Below, in pieces: positions 25,560 to 38,110 of a DNA stretch of 64,000 nt; the first letter of the stretch is position 1; each line of letters starts with the position of its first letter. The stretch spans positions 62,001-126,000 of the forward strand of contig NW_027271515.1 of assembly GCF_040938485.1 (NCBI RefSeq), in the 5' to 3' direction. The notes under the pieces are model-generated. The model had not been told where the DNA came from. It worked only from the letters and a program-made list of their open reading frames with translations, and made no database searches. The DNA is from Diadema antillarum (lineage: Eukaryota). The position numbers and the translations under genes were made by a program.

Positions 25560-25987
25560 AGATGGTGTTGAAAAATGCTCACCTGGCACTTCGTGGTGTT
25601 AATTTGACACTGTAGCTGGTGATATTTCTGACACTGCGTTGGTATCAATTCCACAATGACACCGCATCAAGGTGTTGATATGATATTGCTGGTGTTAATG
25701 TCATTGGTATAACACCCGTCCATCTTTAATAGCAGACCACATCTACTGGTGTTACTCTGGTGTAAATGTGTTTATACCTTTCTTCAAAAATCAAGCCCTT
25801 TATCGGAAAGTTCTTGATCGTCTTGTTGAAGTTCAAAATCATCAATAAGAACAGTAATTAAGAAACTATTCATAATAATTTTATATTTTGATATGACACC
25901 CGGAGGTGTTATAACACCATAAAAATGAGCAATGGAAATTTATCACCAGCTTGGTGTCTCATATCTAACACCGGACTTTTTGCAGTG
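25560..25987. mobile_element. 5'-truncated copy of the CACTG/CAGTG MITE
   Basis: Colinear with 13880-14376; ends CCGGACTTTTTGCAGTG. Confidence 0.75.
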
Positions 25988-26863
25988 CGCGATTGTGTAA
26001 TCCCCGATGTATCATTTTTGTATTGAGAATGAGGCGTATACTAACAATAACACGTACATCTGAAAAAGAGTCATTAATCTCTCACAGGAACGTTTCTTAA
26101 CGTAAATTGTATTTGCGCAGTATAGGTTATCACCGAATTCAGATTTAATCCCAAACGTTATGATTTCATGTCATTTCATTTGTTTCATTTCCAACAAAGC
26201 AAAACATTTGCCACAAAATAACACAATATCAATACAATATAGTAACGAAGAAAACGTATACTCTGATAAACAAATGCAAGAAGGAAAAAACGCCTCTTTT
26301 ACATTTTGACCTTTTGGATTTTTTTTTCGGGGGGAAGCGTTCATTTGTTGATTTGTTTCATTTGCCTTTATTTGATGAAATAAAATTTTCACTTTCATTA
26401 GGCAAAAGTAAAACAAGAAATCACCAAAAATATATGGTACTACAGCATAGGACAGGAAAAAAAGAGCAAAATGCAATGCCAAAATGGTGATGATGGCCAT
26501 GATGATGACGATGATGATTTAGTTTGTGAGGGCGATAACATAATATTTACATGATAATATTAAAGGTCAGTTTAATATCAAAGGAATTTCTACTGAGGCT
26601 TACGGCATTCACCCCCTAGTTTGGATGACAATTACATTGTACTATCAACAGACCAGTTCGCTGTCAGATGTCGTAATCTGTATACAGAAATTATACCTAG
26701 TGTAATCATTATGGAGGAAAATTGATGTTCTATCATTACGCAGCACTGGTGAGAAAATCCATCGAATTTCTCAATCGACTCCCAATGCAACTTCAAAGTA
26801 AACTACTCCGAAATTATCTGTAGCGTAGGTGAAGATATTTTGAAAAATCAGACAATCCGTTAA

Positions 26864-27318
26864 AGGGGACCTCCGGATGATTTCCAGACTTTTACATTTG
26901 AAAAAAAAAAAAATGAGTACAGAGTTTCAGATTTTTTATTGATTGGGATGAGGAATGAGAATGTTTTCAAAATCTATAACAAAGTGCAATGAATAAGGAT
27001 GATGACATAGCAGCCTCACCATAAGAATGCATGAGTTGGGGCTCAAGGAAGCAGAACAAAAGAAGAAGGCATGCATAGATTTTTCACAGGTGAACTTGTT
27101 GAGCAAGCGGTATTGTAATCGAATTACACTGCTACATTTCTGAAATATTATGAGGCTCGACTGATGTCATCAACACTGTTCAATGTAATTTGTCTAAGAT
27201 TTTCAATTTATTGGTTTCTCTGCTCAAGGACCACAATAAATTCCACGAATCTATACATGGAGCTGTTGATTTATGTACTACATGATGGGAAATTATGAAA
27301 ATCGTCCGGAATGCCCCT
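26864..27318. mobile_element. Kolobok-like MITE with TTAA TSD
   Basis: TTAA|AGGGGACCTCCGGATGATTT ... AAATCGTCCGGAATGCCCCT|TTAA. Confidence 0.8.
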
Positions 27319-27844
27319 TTAAAGAGTGATGCACTAAGTGTAAACTACTGCAGTAGTCGATTTCATGGGACGCCCTCTCCAGATGGAACATGTACATTTC
27401 ACGATGTCATAGTACATCTATCACCATGATACCTTGGGTCCATGGTATAGTGGAACGATAAAAAGAAAATAGTAAAGAAAGGAAAGAAAAAACAACAACA
27501 AAACAAACAATTCTTCTTCAATTGACATCGAATTAGCACTAGACTTAGCTGTTCTGGGAAGGCATGGAGAATAATGTTTGCAACTCCATCTCATGAACAA
27601 GCAGGCCTATGTTGATTTTGATAAGAAATTAATGCAGACCATCTGATTTTACTTTGATTATCAACTTGAACATGGCGGAAATAGAGGAGTACTTTCACTT
27701 TCACCATTCTCAATAACAAGTCAAGTTACGTTTCCTCTTTTTTTAAAGAATGTATATTCCTGTAAGAGTTTCTCTCTATTGTATTGTCCTGCTTCGGTAT
27801 AACATCATAATTGTTACATAATGTTGCCGTCTAGAGCGGAAATT

Positions 27845-27975
27845 NNNNNNNNNNNNNNNNNNNNNNNNNNNNNNNNNNNNNNNNNNNNNNNNNNNNNNNN
27901 NNNNNNNNNNNNNNNNNNNNNNNNNNNNNNNNNNNNNNNNNNNNNNNNNNNNNNNNNNNNNNNNNNNNNNNNNNN
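27845..27975. other. Assembly gap (N run)
   Basis: Run of N. Confidence 0.99.
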
Positions 27976-30900
27976 TAATAATAAATGATAATAATAGTCA
28001 TCATCATAATCATCAACACATTGTCGGATTCTCCTCAAACGTTTACTTTAGCGTTTAATATTTCCACTTTCCTTAACACGGGCAAGCGCATGGTGTGTTT
28101 ACAAGTTTGTGTATATGTTTGTGTTGAGGTGTCTGTGCGTGTGTCCGCGTGTATACGTGTGTGTGTGTGTGTGTGTGTTTGGGATAATAAGATCAGGCAT
28201 ATCATTATGGTAAGCATACAACAGATTCGTTTGGCCTGTCATGCCGTCCCTCACAATCAACAACGAGGACTAAAGATAATGAAGAGTTTGATGCCAAATA
28301 AGAGTGTTAGTTTGAAATATCTGCGATTTACAGGAAACAGAGAAAATGATAGGAAATTTGAATATTTGATAATGATTCCAAGAATATTCCTTGATAATTA
28401 TGTAGGCCCTATATAAATAAGTAAGGGCCTACTATACTGGAAAAGTTTAATTTTGCTCTATCTGATGAGGCTATACTTTGAAATATTTAGAATTGGCGCT
28501 TAATCTGTGTCATTCTTCATATACAGGGTAAAAGTCAAGAGCCGAAGGCCTTGTGTTGTGAGCACAAAAGTACATGTAGGGGGCCTATAATGAAATTATT
28601 GTGTTTCGTGCCATCGTGCCCCACTTCAAACGGTCCTATTGACATATCGACATGAGATGGTTATACACACATGCAGACATCAAGTTGTTATGGATAGGGA
28701 AACGCTTTGAATTGAATCAATGAGAGAGAAAAAACTGTCAAAAAAGGTCCATCCAACAAAACAAGAAGTAGAAAGCTAACAAAAAAGCAAAAACAAAAAT
28801 CATGACTCACTCTCTGACCCGAGTTCGCCTCGGTTACGGATACGGGCACTCTGACCAACCGAGGACCCAATGAAGAGGCTTCAAACACATATCTCTCATC
28901 CTAGGATTCTGCACCAGGAATATACTGTACAGCTGTAGTTGCAACTGATCGAAAAATTGCCCTACATCGATCGGAAGATCGTTTGTTCGAATCCATCTGC
29001 CCGAGTATGTATATGCCCTTGATTTTTTTTTTTTTTTAAATCATTGCTACTACTCAAGAACACTGATTAATTCGACCCTTATTTACATCGATGCAGGACA
29101 ACTTATCAATCAGTTGCAACTGAAAAAAAAAACAACTCGACGCAAGAATTTCATTAATTCGAATATTGTTGTTATTTTACTTAGACAATACCCGGGAGGT
29201 TCGTCTCACCTCCCTGACAATACCATTACTAAGCTTAGTCTCGACTAGTATGCCTTTGCGTCCCAGAATATCAACGCCCTCTAACGACGAAAGAAGTAAC
29301 AGGTTGCGCTGGATGGTAGTCTTGCAGGTTTGTCTAGGCGGCGACTTCTTGGGGAAGGCGCATTTTGTGGAAAGGACTCAACAGTTGGCACTTGGGTCTG
29401 GAACGCGTCAGACTATACCAAGTTTGACCAAAGCGGGGTGGGGGTGTTATTGATCCTGATTATAGGTCAAAGTCGACTGTTATGCAATCTTTGAATCGCC
29501 CACGCCTCGGGAGAACAGAGGCAGCGTGGGCATTTAAAAAGACTTTTCCAGGAAAGATGAATGGGAGGAGCGGGAGAGGAAAGGATCGGAAAAATAAACA
29601 CAATGGCAGAGAGATAGGAAGCAGTGATGCATAATATATTCTTCCTCATAACAAGACATCAAGGTAAGGAGTTAAGGAATTAAAAAAAAAAAAAAAAAGA
29701 TTACTAACTTTATTGGTTGCACTAAACAGAGGTCTTTGAACTTGGTTTCTCTGCAAGACAGAAGATTTAGTTCTGCCGGACTGACTGCTAGAGTGCCATC
29801 ACAGGCCCTACTTTATATTTCCAGAACTGATGAATAAAACAAATTACTTTGACACGAGCATTACAACTCGGACATGCGTAGGCCTATAGACCCTATAGTG
29901 TGTAGGCCTATAATGAACCTGAACCCCCAATTCCTGACTGTTTGATAGTAGTAATTTTACAGAATTGAAGATTCTGAACGTGCAAAACAGACAGGTCACT
30001 TCGTCGAAATCTAGTAAAATAAGCGAACAGAAAATGTATTGATGAATGGATATAGGCCCTTTTCAAGTCAGGACCTAGCATGTTGGACTACTAGAGTATT
30101 ATACATTACAATGTCAAAACTATTATGCTACGCCGGTATGTGTACATAATTATGTTGAGAAAAAAAAAAGATCGTGCAGTTTTGAGAGGAAATCACATTT
30201 TTTCTTTGTTTCCACCACTTTAGGGGCAAAAAACTTCAATGCAGTCGCAGATTTTAATTCCTTATTCTAAAGAATTCTGTATACCCCAATAGGACTACTC
30301 ATCACTCTGTATATTTGTTTTGTGTTTGTTTGTTTCTTTATACTCGAGAATTAAGACAATTAAAATTGAGAAAAACGGTTGGGCCCTGTTACATGAAACT
30401 GTATAATCGAACACTAAAACCAAACAATGAAACATATTATAAGTCTGAAAAAAACCAAACATAAAGTTATATGTTTGCTTTTTTCTGGTTTTTTTTTTCA
30501 GGGTTACTTTGTTTTTTATTGTAAAAATTCATTTTTACAAAACCAAGGTTTGTGTAGGGTCCACTTCGCACAGAATGAAATCATTGAAAGCCAACTAATG
30601 ATGACAGACATGGGGGAGGGGGAGGGGGGGGGGGGAGAGAAAGAAGTTGCGTCATAATAGGTGCGCTGGCCACTGTCACAATCATACAGTGCTAGTCAGC
30701 GATCATAAACAAAATTTGTGTTCATGGGGTATTACAGTAAATGTAACACAAAGTACTATTATATCGGGTTATATAGCAATGTTTGAGTGATTGATCGATT
30801 GTTTGTTTGTTTGTTTGTTTGTTTGTTTGCTTGCTTGTTTATTTGTTTGTTTCCATTCACCACTGTGGGCTTTTGATACCGATACCTATGTGGCCAGTAG

Positions 30901-31937
30901 CAGTAAAACAAAAGTGATTATCAAATATACTAGCAGCGGTGATGCCTCCAATTTTCACTTCTTCTTTTCGTTGTTGTTCATGGAAACATAATTTGCAAAG
31001 CTGAATGCATAACATTACCATCAATGACCATGGCATTTGGTCAATGAAATTTATTCAGGTCGGATCAGAGTTGTAGGAACGAGGTCAGATTAATCATCAA
31101 CAAAACGGGTAAAGTCACACACTCCGCGGGCTTTCAGTTTATCGTACTGTAGTATGTGTTTTACGCATGCAGTGTTTGTATTCATATGGCACGGGATGAG
31201 CTGCTGCGTAGCTGTTACACACATACACACAAACACACGCACATCCTCTTGGCCTTACACAGTTGGGGCTGTTAGGGCACACTCGTAAGCTCCTATGTGA
31301 ATCCGACCGACCGACCTCATCCTACTTTACCCACTCATTGATCTCGTGTACGTGTGTGTAGGGGTGTGTGTGTGTTGTGTGTGTGTGTGTGTGTGTACGT
31401 GCGTACTGTACATAGCTGTAGTAGTAGCGTGTTATCACATACACACAGTAGTGAGTATGCTAGACCTTTGATGCTATGCTAGCGCAGCGTACCCACCGTG
31501 TGTATTGAAAGACTAGCAAAGAACCTCGTAAAAAGAAGTACGCTGTACCAGCAGTGGCGAGGAACGTTGTTTTCGAGCTTATTTTGAATGCCTTCCGTCG
31601 AACTATGTCTCTTTCATGAAGGATTAAACATTGACCGAGAAGATGGTCTTGATCCTGGACTTAGTGGCTCTACTGGCCACAAACAAAACAATATCCTTTG
31701 GGGCACTGTAATTGAACGACGTCGTCAAGAGGAAAAGCAAAGCCGAATGTACGAGACAGAGCAAATTGATCGCAAACGATCGGGCAGTGAGACCATTGGC
31801 AGGCAGCCCAAGCCCATCGCTGGTTGTGAGCGAGAGTATGAACTTGACGGTACGTTGTTGATTAGATCTGTTTTACCCGAAACTTTGTGTAACAGATACC
31901 CTACTTATCATCTCATAATAGCTTGTTCAGCAAGCTC

Positions 31938-34271
31938 ATGGCCACTCCAAATGAGGTCGACGAGTTCCATGATTCTCAGCAGTGGTGTCCGTTGTGCTCC
32001 GAGCGCATAACAGACCCCAAAATATTGCAATGTTTGCACAGTTTCTGTCGGCCTTGTTTGGAAAAACGTGTTGCTGAGCCAGATCGTGTCAAATGCCCGG
32101 TTTGCATGCATGAAACATCACTCGGTGATATGGGACTGGATGGTCTCACCTCTAGTATCCTCATCAACAATATCCTTGATGTTGTTAGCAGTCATGATGA
32201 TGAATTGGATGGCAGAATGTTTGGCAGTGCAGAAAACCACAGGCGACAGTGCAGCTCCTGCGAAGAAGGTCAGATTGCTACGAGGGTGTGCAAGGACTGC
32301 AGTGAGGCTCTGTGTGAAAGTTGTGTCCTAGCTCACCAGCGTGTGCGCCTCACGAAAGATCACACCATTGTGTACTTGGAAGGGGTAAATGGCAGCAGAC
32401 CTCATGCCAAGGTCCCAATGCTCTATCCCTACCATCAGTATGGCCTTGGGTACCAACCTCCGAAGATGCAACCTGTCTCAGACAGACCACCAAGCTACTG
32501 TGATATCCACAAGGAGATGCTCCGTCTGTATTGCGACACCTGTTACAAGGCCATCTGTCGAGAGTGCACCATGGTAGAGCATAGTGGCCACAGCGTAGTC
32601 TACCTCCAAGATGCTGTTCAAGATAGCAAAGCCATGACCATGCGCATGCTGAATGATGCCAAAGCCAGCTCCAGAGCACTGCAGGAAAGCTTAGCCCACA
32701 CACAAGCAATGGCAGAAAGAGTTGAGATCAGGTGCCAGGCTGTGGCGTCTGAGGTGCGCTCAAATATCCGTCGGCACAAAATGGCACTGGATGAGAGAGA
32801 GAGGGAATTGCTGCGCAAGGTTGAAGTCATTCGGCAAGTAAAAAGCAAATCTCTTCATTCGCAAGCTGATGATATCCAACAGGCAATGGAGAGCTTGACA
32901 GAGTGTATGGGAACTGTTGAGAAAGCTCTTGACTCGGGCACAGATGTGGATGTCCTGAAAACAAAAGAAAAGATCACATCTGAGATGCGTACACTGAAGA
33001 GTCTGAGGGGCTATCTCCAGCCTCAGGAAGATGATGGGATCTTCTTTACTCCACCTGATAGTGTCCTGCACACTGCCATACTATCAATGGGATACATCAG
33101 CAGTAGTGCTTACCCCCCAAATTGCTTTGCCACTGGTGATGGATTGAAGCGTGCCTTGGTTGGAAAGATTGCTTCTTTTATGGTTCACTCTAAAGATCAC
33201 AACAATGAACCGAGATGTGTAGGCGGAGAGGTCTTGGAGGTGACAGTACGTGGGCCAGACGGGGTCTTGTACCCAGCAGAAGTCATCGATCAACAAAATG
33301 GCACATACCTGGGCAGCTATCGACCTACACTCGAAGGACAGCATTACCTGTCAGTTACCATCAAGGGGAAGAATATCATGGACAGTCCATTTGTTATCAC
33401 AGCACGAAATGCACGCAACTTCACCACCATTGGTCCAGCCCTCATGACTTTCGGAGGTGAAGGAGAAGGAGATGGACAGCTTTGCCGACCTTGGGGGATT
33501 GCTGTTGATGCTGATGGCCGTATCATCGTGGCAGACCGCAGCAACAATCGCATCCAGATATTCAACTCAGATGGCTCCTTCAGTCATAAGTTTGGCTCAC
33601 CAGGAACGCGTAATGGACAATTTGATCGCCCAGCAGGAGTTGCAGTTAGTGGTGAAGGCAACATCATCGTGGCAGACAAGGATAATCACCGCTGTCAAGT
33701 CTTCACTGTGCAGGGCCAGTTCCTTTTCAAGTTTGGTGAGAAGGGGAGTAAGAATGGCCAGTTCAACTATCCCTGGGATGTTGCAGTGAACAGCGAGGGG
33801 AAAATCCTGGTTTCAGACACCCGGAACCACAGGATTCAGCAGTTCAACCCAGATGGTACTTTCATCAATAAGTTTGGCTTTGAGGGAGCACTGTGGAAGC
33901 ACTTTGATTCGCCCAGAGGGGTGGCATACAATAATGATGGCCACATAGTTACTACCGACTTCAACAACCACCGTTTGGTAGTGATTCATTCTGACTTCCA
34001 GTCTGCACAGTACCTTGGCTCTGAGGGAACCAACAATGGCCAGTTTCTGAGACCTCAGGGAGTGGCTGTGGATCAGGAGGGCTATATCATCGTTGCCGAC
34101 TCGCGTAACCATCGCATTCAAGTATTTCAGCCAAATGGCAGCTTTTTGTGTAAGTTTGGCATGCCAGGTACAGGCTCTGGGCAGCTTGATCGCCCATCTG
34201 GTATTTGTGTATCTCCTGATGGTGTCATACTGGTTGTAGATTTCGGAAACAATCGTGTGCAAGCATTCTGA
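31938..34271 (+). CDS. TRIM71: E3 ubiquitin-protein ligase TRIM71 / lin-41 (RING, two B-boxes, coiled coil, filamin, six NHL repeats), intronless CDS, 777 aa
   Basis: RING CPLC...CLHSFC..C...CPVC; B-boxes CSSC...C..C...C..C...H...H and CDIH...C..C....C..C....H..H; filamin ATGDGL...; NHL repeats QLCRPWGI, QFDRPAGV, QFNYPWDV, HFDSPRGV, QFLRPQGV, QLDRPSGI. The segment FGFEGALWKHFDSPRGVA matches TRIM71 as I recall it. First in-frame ATG is at 31938, after an in-frame TAA at 31890. Confidence 0.97.
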   Translation: MATPNEVDEFHDSQQWCPLCSERITDPKILQCLHSFCRPCLEKRVAEPDRVKCPVCMHETSLGDMGLDGLTSSILINNILDVVSSHDDELDGRMFGSAENHRRQCSSCEEGQIATRVCKDCSEALCESCVLAHQRVRLTKDHTIVYLEGVNGSRPHAKVPMLYPYHQYGLGYQPPKMQPVSDRPPSYCDIHKEMLRLYCDTCYKAICRECTMVEHSGHSVVYLQDAVQDSKAMTMRMLNDAKASSRALQESLAHTQAMAERVEIRCQAVASEVRSNIRRHKMALDERERELLRKVEVIRQVKSKSLHSQADDIQQAMESLTECMGTVEKALDSGTDVDVLKTKEKITSEMRTLKSLRGYLQPQEDDGIFFTPPDSVLHTAILSMGYISSSAYPPNCFATGDGLKRALVGKIASFMVHSKDHNNEPRCVGGEVLEVTVRGPDGVLYPAEVIDQQNGTYLGSYRPTLEGQHYLSVTIKGKNIMDSPFVITARNARNFTTIGPALMTFGGEGEGDGQLCRPWGIAVDADGRIIVADRSNNRIQIFNSDGSFSHKFGSPGTRNGQFDRPAGVAVSGEGNIIVADKDNHRCQVFTVQGQFLFKFGEKGSKNGQFNYPWDVAVNSEGKILVSDTRNHRIQQFNPDGTFINKFGFEGALWKHFDSPRGVAYNNDGHIVTTDFNNHRLVVIHSDFQSAQYLGSEGTNNGQFLRPQGVAVDQEGYIIVADSRNHRIQVFQPNGSFLCKFGMPGTGSGQLDRPSGICVSPDGVILVVDFGNNRVQAF

Positions 34272-34277
34272 AGTAAA

Positions 34278-34285
34278 TACGGGTA
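34278..34285 (+). promoter_or_regulatory. miR-100/99 8mer seed match (TACGGGTA)
   Basis: Reverse complement of miR-100 nt 2-8 plus A. Only 6 nt past the TRIM71 stop, so efficacy may be reduced. Confidence 0.4.
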
Positions 34286-35774
34286 CTTGAAGTAGGCCTT
34301 TTGTGTTACGAGGTCTGAAGTATTTTATTGGAGGATAATTCCGGGCTTGTGATATCCCCACTTTCGTTTGCATCATATGCCTGTAACACTCTAAAATGTT
34401 GTGTTTGTGTGTAAATTAAAGTGCTCAAAGCAAAGTGTTTAACATTCTCTGACTCAAACTTCCAGGCAGGTTAGCAATTATGATCTGATCAACAATGATA
34501 TGCGGGTACTCAAACAATGATGAGATGTTATTTTTCTGCTACATATCTGCCCTTCATCAATTGAATTGTAATGGCGTTGCAGTTTTATTCTGGCAATTTT
34601 AGGAAAATGAAATAGAGTTTCATCTTGAACAAACTCCTCATTCTGTGTACAAACTGTATGTTTGTGTATACCATGACCTGCACTAAGGCCATCTTGTTCC
34701 GTTTCAAGTACAAGTCTTGGGTTATGAGGATTGCTTTAATATTATGTGCTTATTGTGATTTATGGTAGACAAAAATACAAAGGCTTGCTGCGCATTCGAA
34801 GTATGGGCAAAGAGTTTCCTTGTTACAATTAAATGACTGGAAACGGCTTCTTTTTATCTTTTCAAATTCAGTGTCAGGCCATAACATAATGAACAAGAGA
34901 GACACATAGCGCTTTATGCTCAGCTGAGTGTAACTTTATATGCTGTTTCACATATTGGCCAACTGGTGCAGTAGGCTTTTGCTTGAATACCAGGCATAAG
35001 AACTCGTCATTTTAGCTGGCATCAGTGTTGTGTTGAGATACCAGAGCATCAGTCCAGAAAATGACAAGTACAGACATAATCTGCTGTGTCTGGCATAGTG
35101 TTCCTGCTCTATAAGCCTACTCTCTTTGTGCTGTGCATTATACGATACAAACCGAGCAGATGTTTATCAATTTGATGTGTAAAACGAAAACGAGTACCCA
35201 ACTACAGTGTAACTTATGGATTTAATAGCATGAAATGAGTTTCATATACACTGTTCATTGAAATTAGTAGGGGTTTTTTGTTGGTTTTTTTTTAATGGTT
35301 GTTCAGTGCGACTTGTGCATTTTTTTTTTGTCAAAATGATTGCATAATACATTGAAAAAATGTTGTGCTTTTGTATACCTTAGTTTGCCCTGAAGGCAAT
35401 ACTCGACCCAGACTAACTATTTTCTTAAGATGACATGCTTTGCCTTGACAAACTGCTTGCACTGAATACATCAGATAGTGCATTCACACCACCATCACTA
35501 ATTAGCCAGTTTCAGGCTTCATTTCATTTTGTTACCAAATCTTAAACAATCCTGCTTTCTGAGCATACAGTACATTGTACGTGTTGAAAATGACTACATA
35601 CATTGTACAGTCATCAAAGGGCATGCCCATGACAAGAGTTGATTTATTTATTGTTTCCCCCTTTTTTTAATTTAGTTTTTATTTTGACTGAAAGGGTAAG
35701 GGTTGAAAGGAAGGAGATGAGATTTCTTGATGTGGTTGACCACTCCCAATAACAAACATGGCTGCGCTTGGTAT

Positions 35775-35807
35775 CTACCTCAATGTGATTTGGTGTGCTC
35801 TACCTCA
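35775..35807 (+). promoter_or_regulatory. Tandem let-7 8mer sites (CTACCTCA at 35775 and 35800)
   Basis: Two perfect 8mers 25 nt apart, 1.5 kb downstream of the TRIM71 stop. lin-41/TRIM71 is the classic let-7 target. Confidence 0.8.
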
Positions 35808-36561
35808 AGAAGAAGATTACATGTGGTTCAAGATTTCTTTGTCCACGTCTCAGGTTCAAGAATGATGAAGTGATTGTAAATTGCTTATAAAACATGCATG
35901 TGTTGTAGATTACGAGGTAAATTGTTTATCCTTGAATTGAAGGAAAAAACTGTACAAACTTGCAGCTGCATTTACTGATATTATATGATGAACAGGCTTC
36001 AAGTGCAAAGCATTTTGTTGCCATCGCTTGATTAAAAATGCAAATTTATATTATTTAGATATAATATTCATTTATATGTATTGTGACTTAGCAAAAAAAA
36101 AGAGTAAATTGTTGTGCAGGGATTTGTGTGGGTTCATTTTAGTTGGGCATATAAATGTGAAAATATTAACTACAATAGTAAAGTTTTGCTGTCATTTTGG
36201 ATGTTACTCCCCAGTTGTTACTTAGTATTACCATATAAACCTCTCATTGTCATAGACAATTTAAATTTTTTGTATTGAGCAATGCAACAGAATCCTGAAT
36301 ATTGTACAGCTAGCTTCATTTTCAGCTAATCCAAGTGGCGTTACTGCTGACAATATAAAGCTGTATTACATGTGAAATGTTTTTCATACCAAGTCTTGCA
36401 GCAGTTACATTGTATATGATTTGATTATTGTGTGCATGCATTATATATAAATGTGGCTACCAGTTGCACATTGTTTGATACAGTGTTGTACATGTACCAA
36501 CCACATTTGTAAAAGTTGGAGGCACTTTTATTTCATTCTTCAGGTTTATCAGTTTGTTATG

Positions 36562-36569
36562 CTCAGGGA
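36562..36569 (+). promoter_or_regulatory. miR-125/lin-4 8mer seed match (CTCAGGGA)
   Basis: Perfect 8mer in the putative TRIM71 3' UTR. Confidence 0.55.
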
Positions 36570-37956
36570 TGCCTTTTTAACTGATAATGCTCCCAATGAA
36601 ATCTAAGCTATTATTGCAGAGGGAGCCTAAAATGTAACACTAAATGTTTCTTTTAGTTGAAATATGCCACATTTTCTAACATTATGCTGACTTTGCCAAA
36701 GATGATGTAGTATTAGCTGCCAAGGGAAATATACTGCAGCCTGAGTTAAAATACCTTAACTGTCCACTGTAAGATGTAAGGTCACATTTGTTTATTTATT
36801 TGTTTGTTTGTTGCAGTTACCTTTCTTAATTTCATCAACATTATTGCCCACTCATTCACAGCTTTGACATTTTGTTTTAGCGATCCCTCCAGTATTTAGT
36901 GAGCTCAGTCGGTGTGCATAATTGTTTACCATATTATTCAAATTGTGTTTTTGCAGTGATACTGTGTGTTTGCATGATGATTATGAAATACCCCACTTTT
37001 GACAGTACATGTACCACGTCGAAGCATGTTGGTCCAGTCAGGCTTTCCATATAGAGTTATTTTGTTAGGCATGTAAGTTGTAAAATGTCATTGTTTGAGC
37101 CCTCAAGATTTTCTGCACATCGTATACGCCTTAGACCCAGTTAGCGAGGGGATTCAAGAGTAGCAGCTCAATTAATTCGCCACCCACCCAAGTACATTAA
37201 AAAAACCACAGATAGTACCGGTCTGCAAAAACAGTATGTGTATCGGAGCTTAAAGGATATTAAAAGACATTTTTTAAAGCCAAAACTATACGATCCCTTT
37301 AAATGCTCATTAGTAATGGTTGACTCTCGACACTCATTATTCTTTGGCCATTTGTGTACAGTGTAGGCCTACTTACACAGAGATCAGTGATTACACAGAG
37401 AAAGTACACTTTTGTAGTACCCAATTTGTTACAGATATTCTCGAATACACCCAAGCTGGGCCAGACTTTTCTCCGTGGTATCCCCATGTTACCAGGTCTT
37501 TAAAGCCACTTCCCTGAAAATCACATAACTCCCATTTTTGTTGTTGTTGTCCTTTTGTTTTTTAAGTGTGTTTACACGTATGTAACTGCCACACTGCTAC
37601 AGTGAAGATTCATTGGTTTTGAAGCACAGCAGAATATGATAACAGGAGGCTTATGATCGTAAGTATGGAATGAGGCATGACTAATCTTGGATCATGGGGA
37701 AATTGGCTGATGTCACTATAATAACAAGCCTAGGGTATAGTTAGTCCTAAACTTTTGAATTTGATTCAAAATAGATTTAACTTTTATCACGTCTATCATT
37801 TACCACAATGCACCGTAGTTCCATTATGTTCCAAAGTGTGCTCTCTGAAGGGCCTCCTATACATTGTACGTGTGAAATGTGAAATACTGCAGATGCTGAA
37901 ATTTCACAGAATTTAAAAGAAAAGATTTTGTACATCCTCCCACAATCAAAATGATA

Positions 37957-37959
37957 ATA

Positions 37960-38007
<48 letters not shown>

Positions 38008-38110
38008 TAAATATAATCGTAATCATAATCATAATCATAATGTATAATATAATAATAATAATAGTAATAATATAATACAATAATGATAATAATAATAATA
38101 ATAATAATAA
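37957..38110. repeat. (AAT)n microsatellite
   Basis: Long imperfect AAT/AATC run. Confidence 0.95.

Noticed and set aside
28980-29005. GTTCGAATCC B-box-like motif
   Set aside because: No A-box or cloverleaf; it sits inside an inverted-repeat element (GTTGCAACTGAT ends), so it is not a tRNA.
29335-29375. RLLGEGAFCGK, similar to a kinase glycine-rich loop
   Set aside because: It has an extra residue, stops on both sides and no other kinase subdomains; likely chance.
33813-34376. 187-aa and other antisense or alternate-frame ORFs over TRIM71
   Set aside because: Expected shadow ORFs of a long GC-richer CDS; no recognisable domains.
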